DNA of 64,000 nt, from NCBI GenBank assembly GCA_051251855.1, contig JBPOGI010000007.1, positions 32,001-96,000 of the forward strand, in the 5' to 3' direction. The translations under genes and the position numbers were made by a program. Shown here piece by piece: positions 40,538 to 49,500 of this stretch (the stretch's first letter is position 1; every line of letters starts with the position of its first letter). Source of the stretch: Roseibacillus sp. (lineage in GTDB: Bacteria > Verrucomicrobiota > Verrucomicrobiia > Verrucomicrobiales > Akkermansiaceae). The notes beneath the pieces were generated by a model, which worked only from the letters and a program-made list of their open reading frames with translations, was not told the DNA's origin and did not search any database.

Positions 40538-40617
40538 TGTGACAGAATTGTCACAATAATCCGTCCTTGCTCTGTCAATTCACCTGCAATAAAGCCCTTT
40601 GTGACGATTTGGTAACA
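40538..40617. promoter_or_regulatory. Two Pho-box-like sites in the pstS/porin divergent region
   Basis: TGTGACA-GAAT-TGTCACA (40538-40555) and TGTGACG-ATTT-GGTAACA (40600-40617); half-sites are 11 bp apart. Confidence 0.6.
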
Positions 40618-40675
40618 ATTGTCTAGGAACCGGACCGCAATTCAACCGGCGAGGTGGCTCCGAAAAACACAGACC

Positions 40676-41920
40676 ATGCAACATACAAACAACATCAAGA
40701 CAGTGGGTCTTTTGGCCCTAGGTTTGAGCGGCTTCGCCTCGGCAGGCGATAGCTACAGCCCCATTGCTAACACTCCCGTCATGCAAGAAGAAGCCTCCTC
40801 CACCGGATGGTGCGACGGGCTTAAGTCCATCGGCAAGCTCTATAAGAATTCCGAGAACCCACTCATTCAAGAGTTCAGCGTCTTTGGTCGTCTTCAGTAT
40901 CAGGGAGCATGGGTCAATGGAGAAGACGAGAACGGTGACGATTTCGATGACTCCTATGACGAGTTCCGCCGCGTCCGGATCGGAGCCAAAGGAAAATTTC
41001 TGCAGTACTTTGACTTCAAAGCGAACATCAACCTCTTGAGCGACGGCCGCCCGTCTGGAAACGATCTCGATTGGGGAGTTGAAAACTTTGACGAAGCCCT
41101 GATTGGCTTCGACATCAAAAAGGCTTTCGGCATCGACCAACTTGACAAGCTTCACCTCAGCTACGGCCGGCACAAGTTTGCCATTTCTCACGAGGCCGTT
41201 GAGTCCTCCAAAAACATCGTGACCGTCGAGCGCTCGGCAATCTCCAACAAAGTCTACGGTTCAGATCGCCCCACCGGCTTCAAACTGAAAGCAGCGCAGG
41301 GACCTTGGAGTGCTCTCCTCGGAATCTACTCCACAGAAGTGAATGACAAGTTCATCGCGGATTGGGGCGGTTCTGTCGCGTATCAAGCAAGCTTGGGCTA
41401 TCAAGTCTCCGACGAGTTGAGCCTGCTCGCTGACTTCGCCTATAACGATGGTGATGTCTCCGGCACGGCCTGGGGATATAAGTGGGCCACTTCCTTAAGT
41501 GCTGTTTACGAGTCCGGACGATTTGGACTCGTGACTGACTTCATCTACGGTGACAACGGAGATGTAAACGACGGTCAAAATGTCGATCGCCAGGACAGTT
41601 TCTGGGGTGTGGTCGTCATTCCTCACTACTGGCTGGTCGAGGATCGTCTCCAAGCGGTTGCCCGCTATCAGTATCAAGGGTCTGATGGCTCCGAAGGCAT
41701 TCGCCTCAACAGCCGCTACGTGCGTCGTAACGATGACACCGGAGCGGCAATCAACAGCGGCCGCGGTGATTCTCACCACAGCATCTACGCTGGCCTCAAC
41801 TACTATCTCTGCGACAACAACGCCAAGTTTATGGCCGGTGTCGAATACGACAGCCTCGACACTCCCGACGGAGACGTGAGCGCGACCACATTCTGGCTTG
41901 CTTTCCGCACCTATTTTTAG
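40676..41920 (+). CDS. Phosphate-selective porin (OprO/OprP-like)
   Basis: Signal peptide, GRLQY, EFRRVRIG, ERS motif and C-terminal FRTYF; divergent from pstS. Confidence 0.82.
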   Translation: MQHTNNIKTVGLLALGLSGFASAGDSYSPIANTPVMQEEASSTGWCDGLKSIGKLYKNSENPLIQEFSVFGRLQYQGAWVNGEDENGDDFDDSYDEFRRVRIGAKGKFLQYFDFKANINLLSDGRPSGNDLDWGVENFDEALIGFDIKKAFGIDQLDKLHLSYGRHKFAISHEAVESSKNIVTVERSAISNKVYGSDRPTGFKLKAAQGPWSALLGIYSTEVNDKFIADWGGSVAYQASLGYQVSDELSLLADFAYNDGDVSGTAWGYKWATSLSAVYESGRFGLVTDFIYGDNGDVNDGQNVDRQDSFWGVVVIPHYWLVEDRLQAVARYQYQGSDGSEGIRLNSRYVRRNDDTGAAINSGRGDSHHSIYAGLNYYLCDNNAKFMAGVEYDSLDTPDGDVSATTFWLAFRTYF

Positions 41921-41942
41921 GCCGACCAACTCCCTTCTATTT

Positions 41943-41977
41943 AAAAAAGGCCTTCAGGAAACTGAAGGTCTTTTTTT
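41943..41977 (+). terminator. Rho-independent terminator (A and T tails, possibly bidirectional)
   Basis: AAAAAAGGCCTTCAG-GAAA-CTGAAGGTCTTTTTTT. Confidence 0.85.
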
Positions 41978-42090
41978 GTAATCAATCAGCGCGAACCCTG
42001 AAGCTACCAGTCCAAAAACTCGCGCAATTTTCCCGATGGTAGAACCTCCCACACTGTGTTCAACTTTATGCACATCGCTCTTCCCCTCTG

Positions 42091-43896
42091 ATGAAATATC
42101 TCAATCTTCTCCTACTCACCTTCTTCCTCGCCGTGGCTTCCCTTGCCCAAGGAAGAACCGAACTCCAAAACACCCCTAGCGGCTGGCAAATGACTGTGGA
42201 TGGCGAGCCCTTCTACGTCAAAGGCTTCACCTGGTCCCACACCCCCGTCGGAATGAAATACGATTACAACCTCTTCGCGGAAGAAGAGCCCGTCATCAAG
42301 GCCGCCCTCAAGCGTGACCTCACCCTCATTCGCGATGCTGGAGGGAACACTCTCCGCCATATTTATCCTCCTGTCTGGATGAAATACATGCACGAAACTT
42401 ACGGCATGCACTTCATCGCCAACGACTACTGCGGCCGCTACGGCCTCACCATCGACGGCAAGTTCATCGCCAACACCGACTACTCCGATCCCAAGACGCG
42501 CGAGTTCATCAAGCAAACTTGGCGCGACCTCGTCACCAAGAACAAAGATGTCCCCGGCCTCCTCGCCTACGCCCTTGGCAACGAAAACAACTACGGTCTC
42601 GAGTGGATCTCAGCCGCAGTGGAAAACCTTCCCGAAGGCGAGCGCCAAACCGCCAAAGCACGCCACCTCTACTCCCTATTCAACGAAATCGCTCTCGAGG
42701 TCAAAGCCCTCGACCCCGACCACCCCGTCGGCATCGTCAATGGCGACCTGCAATACCTCGACCTCATCGCCGAACTCTGTCCCGACATCGACTTCCTCGG
42801 CGTCAACGCCTATCGCGGCGAAACCTTCTCCGACCTCTTCACCAAGGTCAAAGCCACCCTCAACAAGCCCGTCATCCTCATGGAAACCGGATGCGACGCC
42901 TACCACGCCGTGAAAGAGAAAGAAGAACAAACCTCTCAAGCGCTCATGGTGCACGACAACTGGATCGACCTCTACCGCAACACCCTGATGAACGGCGGTA
43001 GCGGCAACTGCCTGGGTGGACTTCACTTTCAATGGGCCGACGAGTGGTGGAAGCACGGTCAAGAATACGGCCTCAACGACCACGACACCACCGGCAGCTG
43101 GCACCACGCCGAATACACTCACGACGCCGCCGCCAAACAGAACATGAACGAAGAATGGTTCGGCGTCTGCGCCATCAGCGACCGAGCTCTCAATGGCGTT
43201 CACCTCATCCGCCCTCGCGCCTCCTACTTCGCCCTCAAAGACCTTTGGAAACAAAACCCCTACACTATTGGAACCAAAAAACTGCAAGCACTCACCTTCA
43301 ACGCACCCGCCGCCACCCAGCAAGCCAACGCAGCCACAAAAGAATTCGAAAGCCAACTCTCCAGCGCCGAGACACCCTACCATCAATCCCCCAACGCCAA
43401 GCTCCCCGCCCCCATCTACCTCGAAGGCAACACCGAAGCCTTCTGGGCCGCCTCCGGAGTGATGCCCGAGAAAAGCTTTCTCACCGTCAACCCGAACAGC
43501 ACCGAGAACCCACACTCCGGCGAAACCTGCCTCGAGTTCCGATACACCTCCGGCGGCGACTGGTCCGGCCTGCAATTTCAACACCCCGCTGGCGACTGGG
43601 AGAACAACAGCCCCGGCGGATACAATCTCAACGGAGCCACCACCCTCAAGCTCTGGGCCCGCGGCCACCAAGGCGGGGAAAAGCTCGCCCTCAGTATGGG
43701 CGGAGGCCTCACCGGGCTCTACCCCAACACCTGCCAAGCCGACCTCGGCACCATCGAGCTCACCACCAAGTGGAAACAATTCACCTTCCCCCTCGAAGGC
43801 AAAGACCTGCGCCGCATCAAGAACCCCCTCACCATCGTCCTCAGCGGCACCGGCTTCCCCTACCGCGCCTACCTCGACGACATCGTCTTCGAGTAA
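42091..43896 (+). CDS. Secreted clan GH-A TIM-barrel glycoside hydrolase (GH2-like) with a C-terminal CBM-like domain
   Basis: VDGEPFYVKG, ALGNENNY (acid/base), GVNAYRG, METGCD (nucleophile), FQWADEWWK and NEEWFG. Confidence 0.8.
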   Translation: MKYLNLLLLTFFLAVASLAQGRTELQNTPSGWQMTVDGEPFYVKGFTWSHTPVGMKYDYNLFAEEEPVIKAALKRDLTLIRDAGGNTLRHIYPPVWMKYMHETYGMHFIANDYCGRYGLTIDGKFIANTDYSDPKTREFIKQTWRDLVTKNKDVPGLLAYALGNENNYGLEWISAAVENLPEGERQTAKARHLYSLFNEIALEVKALDPDHPVGIVNGDLQYLDLIAELCPDIDFLGVNAYRGETFSDLFTKVKATLNKPVILMETGCDAYHAVKEKEEQTSQALMVHDNWIDLYRNTLMNGGSGNCLGGLHFQWADEWWKHGQEYGLNDHDTTGSWHHAEYTHDAAAKQNMNEEWFGVCAISDRALNGVHLIRPRASYFALKDLWKQNPYTIGTKKLQALTFNAPAATQQANAATKEFESQLSSAETPYHQSPNAKLPAPIYLEGNTEAFWAASGVMPEKSFLTVNPNSTENPHSGETCLEFRYTSGGDWSGLQFQHPAGDWENNSPGGYNLNGATTLKLWARGHQGGEKLALSMGGGLTGLYPNTCQADLGTIELTTKWKQFTFPLEGKDLRRIKNPLTIVLSGTGFPYRAYLDDIVFE

Positions 43897-43911
43897 GATT
43901 GAAGGCAAGCT

Positions 43912-44988
43912 TTAGCCTCTTTTAGCTCGCACCTTTCGAGCACCCTTCTTCATCACTTGTGGAAGAAACGGCGAAGTCATCGCCCTCAGTAGAGCACTAT
44001 AATCGAGACCAAAGGACACCTCAGACCCCACTTTTAGCAGCCGACAATCGCCACTCACCTCAACGACGAGATGGTCGCTACTAGCTGCTAGAATCTTCAT
44101 CCCTCGCGGCGGAGTCAATCCATCCGGATCCACATCCTGCCTCCCTATCGCCAGAATCGCTTGTCGAATCGAACCTCGATTAAGACTGGAAATCACCTCC
44201 CCAAAAGCACTTTGCGCAATCTCACCCCACGGTTGTGAAGGCTTATTTTTCAACTCAATCACTTCCGCCACTAGGGTAATCGCCGAAGTATGGAGCCCCT
44301 TAATCACTGTGCGATGCAGAGGCTCACACCCCAAAAGCAGCGCCTCTCCCAAACGGAGATTATTCACCCGCCCCACCTTTTCGCCACTCAGTGCCCAATC
44401 CAGATTCGCCGAATTCCCTCCCGAAACCGTATGAACTATGGGCCCAAAGGCATCGTCTATCGAGTCTGCCAGCGCCGAAAGCTGTGCCATATTTTTGCCA
44501 TCGGGCGAGACCCCGCTCCGGCACGCCAGATTCGCCCCAATCCCCATAAAGGCCACATTCGAGAACCCCAAGACTTGCCGCACCACTCTTTCCAAGTTCA
44601 CCGGCATAATTCCCTCTCGAAGGTCACCTAGCTCCACCATCAGAACTACCCCATGAATACAATCGATTCTCTTCGCCGCCTCTGACAGCTTACGAATCAC
44701 CTCAATCTCCGTATTCAAGCTCACATTCGTCAGCGCCACTACTTGCTCCACCTGACTCAACATCGGAGTGCGAATCAAAGTCATCGCCGCAGGCGTCTTG
44801 GCGGCCCTCATCCTCTGAATATTTTCGATCCGCGAGTCCCCCATGCCTCCGACTCCTGCCCGCAACCAAGTGCGCGCAATCTCAGGCGCGCCCAAGGTCG
44901 CCTTCGTCACACCCGTCACCGAAATCCCACGCTTGCGCAGGCGCGACACCAAGGTCAAAGCATTGTGATAAATCTTGTCGAGGTCCAC
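43912..44988 (-). CDS. Alanine/ornithine racemase family PLP-dependent enzyme
   Basis: GVTK (PLP lysine), DSRIENI, MVELGDLREG, SGGNS, LRLGEALLLG and ASSDHL. Confidence 0.9.
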   Translation of the reverse strand: MDLDKIYHNALTLVSRLRKRGISVTGVTKATLGAPEIARTWLRAGVGGMGDSRIENIQRMRAAKTPAAMTLIRTPMLSQVEQVVALTNVSLNTEIEVIRKLSEAAKRIDCIHGVVLMVELGDLREGIMPVNLERVVRQVLGFSNVAFMGIGANLACRSGVSPDGKNMAQLSALADSIDDAFGPIVHTVSGGNSANLDWALSGEKVGRVNNLRLGEALLLGCEPLHRTVIKGLHTSAITLVAEVIELKNKPSQPWGEIAQSAFGEVISSLNRGSIRQAILAIGRQDVDPDGLTPPRGMKILAASSDHLVVEVSGDCRLLKVGSEVSFGLDYSALLRAMTSPFLPQVMKKGARKVRAKRG

Positions 44989-45014
44989 CTCAAGACGCGG
45001 AGCCGGCTGACGCT

Positions 45015-46199
45015 TTAAGTCGATACGGCGCCCCCGATCTGCGGGAAGGCGTTCATCACCATATCAACCAAACGCTCAGGAGAACGAGTCAACGCGTCGG
45101 TGGAGGGAATTCCAAATTCCTTCTCATATCCCTCAATCGCGTCCGTCACCTCACCATCGGTCATATTCTCATGATTGATGGTGAGCCCAATCACCTTCGT
45201 CTTTGCAAACAACTCAATGAGCTCAATTTCCGAATTCGGAGTCGGCATCGCCATGCCATCAAAATCGCAGCGATACTTCCGGCCCGGAGCATGTTGGAGA
45301 ATCACTCCCTGCGGACAACTCCCTCGTAGAATAAAGCTCGAAGTCGAATAGGCTGGGTGACTCAACGAACCTTGTCCTTCAATCAAAATGACATCGGGAC
45401 TCTCCTTTTCAAACGCTTCCACAATGGTGGCCTCCAATTCCCCCGCACAAAATTGCGACGGCACCGCATCCAGCGCCAAGCCATAGCGCGCCCCTTGAAT
45501 CAAGCCCGTCTGGCCCGTGCCAATGAGCACCGTCTTGAAACCACGATCCCTCAAAGCCGCGGCCAAGACCGTTGCCGTGGTTCGTTTCCCGATCGCGCAA
45601 TCTGTTCCCAGCACCGCAATCCGCGGGCAAGTCACTTTCGAAATCCCCCCACTAAACACCCGCAAATCCTTCTTATCGCGTGGCCTCCGCACATCACGAA
45701 TCACCACCCCGTGCTTTTCGGCAGCTTCCGCAAACTCAGGGTCATCATTGAGAAACTCATGAAGTCCATTCACAATGTTAATGCCATACGCAATCGCCCG
45801 CAGCAACACTCTCCGCTCTGCCTTCGAAAGCAACCCACTCGCCGGCGCGATTCCAAAAATCAAATGGTCTGGCGCACCACCCGCTTGCGCCAAAGCCGTC
45901 CCGAGGTCTCGATAGATCGCAATCCCGTTTTTCTTACCATCAAGGACTTCCCCCGCATCCTCTTCCGCCTTTTCGCTATCGATGATCGAAAGAATTTTAT
46001 ATTTCTCCGAATGCCGAACGAGACCATTCGCCGTCTTGCCGTCAATTCCACCAAAGTTCCCCTCACAGTAAACAATCGCGGTCTCCTGTGGAATGGCTTT
46101 CGAAACCGTAGGTTTGAAGCCCTCCTTGGGAGCAGCAGAAGAAGAGTCCATCGTTTCAAAGAAACCCGATGAAGACGGTCGTTTATTTTTAGTCGGCAT
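45015..46199 (-). CDS. DUF1611 family P-loop protein (DgcN-like)
   Basis: GKTANGL, NGLH.FL, GTDCAIGKRTT, TGQTG and IEGQGSLSHP. Confidence 0.9.
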   Translation of the reverse strand: MPTKNKRPSSSGFFETMDSSSAAPKEGFKPTVSKAIPQETAIVYCEGNFGGIDGKTANGLVRHSEKYKILSIIDSEKAEEDAGEVLDGKKNGIAIYRDLGTALAQAGGAPDHLIFGIAPASGLLSKAERRVLLRAIAYGINIVNGLHEFLNDDPEFAEAAEKHGVVIRDVRRPRDKKDLRVFSGGISKVTCPRIAVLGTDCAIGKRTTATVLAAALRDRGFKTVLIGTGQTGLIQGARYGLALDAVPSQFCAGELEATIVEAFEKESPDVILIEGQGSLSHPAYSTSSFILRGSCPQGVILQHAPGRKYRCDFDGMAMPTPNSEIELIELFAKTKVIGLTINHENMTDGEVTDAIEGYEKEFGIPSTDALTRSPERLVDMVMNAFPQIGGAVST

Positions 46200-46568
46200 A
46201 GCAGTTTCACAAGCGAGCCTTGAAAGAAGCACCCCAACCTCAACCGCCAGAAGCAGCTGAAAATCAGCAAGTCGCACCCATCAAGAAAAGCAAGTAACCC
46301 AGCCTTGTAACACGGTTCTTCGCAGAAGATAGCATTACTTGGTCTTCTATCAGAACGAGACCCAAAAGTGATTGCGCAGAGATGATTCATTGAATGCTCC
46401 AGATTCTCTGTTTCTTGTGACTTCCATTGTGATCTCAGCACAACTACTTGAAATCACAGTCAAACAATTCCTCTTCCTTCGAGGTCCTCTCTATTGCTAG
46501 TAAATCCATCACCTCGTAAATCTTCTGGAAAAGGGGAAGGACACTCTCTATTTCTTCAGTGCAGTGTT

Positions 46569-49500
46569 ATGTTCTCTCATTTAAAAGCGTATCTTAGAAT
46601 ATTTTTCTTTTCATGGCTCACAGTCTTTGAACTCCATGCACAATTCGTCGTCACAAATACTGATGATAGTGGTGCCGGTTCTCTTCGCGCGGCCATCGCC
46701 TCAGGGAACAAGACGGTCACCTTTGATGAATCCTTGAATGGGACTGTCATTACGGTGCAATCGCCGCTTGTCCTCGATAATGAGATTACGATTACGGCTT
46801 CTTCTTTGCCTGATGGAATCCGCTTGAGTGGCAGTGGAGTGGGTCGAATTTTAGAAATCACTACCCTCTCTCCCTGCAACCTTCGGGGTCTGACTTTAGA
46901 ACAGGGTTTCAGCACTTCTGGAGCAGGGGCGGTCTTATGCGGGAGTGGAACCGTACCTTTCTTTGTGAATTGTATTTTCACAAATAATAGCACCTTGCAA
47001 TCGGGTGGCGCTGTTTATTGCGCTCAAGCGACTCCGACTTTTGAAAACTGCATCTTCCTTGGAAATAGCGCGGGCTCGACAGGCGGAGGTCTTACCAACC
47101 AAGACTCGGTTGTCACTTTGCGTAACTGCACCTTGACCCAAAACTCGAGCATCAATGGTGCCGCTGCGATTCATTCCACCACTGGGGGAAGCTCGATTAC
47201 GACCCTGAGAAATACCATTGTCTGGGATAATTCCGTGGGCGGTAACAGCTCGAATGCCAACGCTTCCATCAGCTTCGGAGGCGGAAATGTCGCTCGATTC
47301 CAATCTTCCATGCTGGCTAATTACAATGCGACAACGTTGGACAACAGCAATGTCGCATCAGGGAGCAACTTCTCTTCCGTCGATCCTCAGTTTCGATTGG
47401 AGACCTCGGACGATCTCCGTCTACTCCAGACTTCTCCCCTTCTCAATGGCGGAAACAATGCATGGGTGGACACGACAGGCCTCGACGTTTACAAACTGCC
47501 CAGACTCGTTGGCACTAATGTGGACCTTGGCGCAGCGGAAGCCCGTCGGCTCATCTACGTCGACATCGCCACCAATGGAGGGGAAACGGGCGACTCCTGG
47601 GCCGATGCCTTCACCTCTCTGCAAGAAGCGCTCTTCGACCAAAACGGCTCCGAAGCATTGGAAGTCTGGGTCGCGGAGGGCGTCTACTTGTCAAGCGACG
47701 GAGTCCCCAGCAACGCTCCTAACATCTTTACCATCACTGAGCATATTTCGATCTACGGGGGCTTCCCCTCAGGAGGAGGTGACGGCACTTTTGAAGAAAG
47801 AAACAACAAGCGGACCCCGAGCATTCTGACACGGGTCTTGAGTGCTGCAGAGCAAGCCGACCCATTTATTAGCAACGAATTTCGAGATCCCGATGTGATC
47901 GATATGGACGCTGAGAATGCTCCCGCAATTCTTGATGGCTTCACCATCACCGGCGGAAGATCAGAATGCTCGGGAGAGTGTATTGTGAGGAATTGCCATT
48001 TCACGGAGACAAAAGGGGTTGGTCTATTCGTCCTTCCCAACTATTCCCCGCCGCCTCCGGTGCTGATCGAAGATTGTGAATTCACCAAAATCGAGAGTAG
48101 AGGTTTGCCGAATGATCTAGGAGGCTTAGGTTCACCATTGGTTGGAGGCGCGCTCCGCATTCAAGAATTCAATCAGCAAGAAGCCTTCTCGATGGTCGTG
48201 AGACGTTGTTCATTCCGAGGAAACCTCTCTCGAACAGGCTCTCCCGGCATCAGCACGAGAATCACCTTCGATGAATCCCGCCTTGAAATTGAAGGCTGCG
48301 AGTTCACCGGAAACGTCGGCATTACCACCCCCAGTGCCATTGAATCGATTGGCTTTCATCAACTCTCCATCAGGAACTCAACTTTCCACGGGAATTCATC
48401 GGTCGCGGAAGAGGGTTCCCTTTTTCGACAAGAAGTGATCGTGGCCTCTCCTCCCTTTGGCCAGTCCCTCTTGTCCCGTGTTTCTCTCGCAGGATGCGTT
48501 GTTTCAGGAAATAACTTTCCCGGTAATATCTCGGTCTTCTACAAGCTGGATGGCGACCCTCAGAACATTCATATTGCAAATATGATTGAGGGGCTCTCCG
48601 CCTCATTTTTAAACAACCTCAGCATTTTCAATTCCGGTAATATTGATGAATCAGATCCGTTGTTCTTCCATCCCATCACTCCCGGAGACAGCCCCCAACT
48701 CACTGCCGATGTCCGTATCGCAGCCACCTCTCCCCTTCTCGACGGCTTAGCCTCCAACCCCAATAAGTTTGATCGCCAAGGCAACCCTCGGAATATCAAT
48801 GGCTCGCAAGACATCGGCGCCTACGAAGGGGGTAACATCATTCACGTGGATGCGGCAAGAGCTGGAGGAGATGGCTCAGGTTGGACTCAAGCGATGGTAG
48901 ACCTGCAGGATGCGCTAGACCTCGCCGAGACGCGGAGCGCTACGATTCCGGCCCAAGAAATCTGGGTAGCAGCGGGTGAATACCTTCCCGACGAAGGCTC
49001 TAGCCAGACGAACAACTTGAGAGACTCTACCTTCCATCTTCTTTCAGGAGTGAGGCTCCAAGGAGGCTACCCGAGCTTGGAATCAGGACTCCCTGCCGAC
49101 CGAGATTTCGTCGCCAATCGGACCACCCTTTCCGGAGATATCGATGGGGACGGATTGCTGGATGACAATTGCTATCACGTCGTCACCGCAACTGATACCG
49201 ACTGTTTGGCCAGCCTTGATGGCTTCACGGTGACGGGAGGAAATGCCAACTCGAGCTCAACTCGCGGACAAGGGGCTGGGTTATACATTGCGCAAAATGG
49301 AAGAGCTCACTTCGAAAGTTGTCAGTTTTTGGGGAACTCCGCTCGCTTTGGAGGCGGAGCCTTTGTGACTGCAGGCTCCTTTCCATCCTTCACCTCCTGT
49401 CTTTTTTCGGGGAATGCCGCGAGTAATGATGGAGGCGCTCTTGTCAGCGTCAGCAGCTCACTACCCGTCCTGACAAACTGCACTTTACAAGGAAACACCG

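Noticed and set aside
40538..40555. CRP/FNR site
   Set aside because: The spacing is TGTGA-N8-TCACA rather than N6, and the context favours a Pho-box-like site.
42676..43925. Long alternative-frame ORFs (410 aa minus strand, 297 aa plus strand)
   Set aside because: These are shadows of the C-ending codon bias of the glycoside hydrolase; they have low-complexity translations and no motifs.
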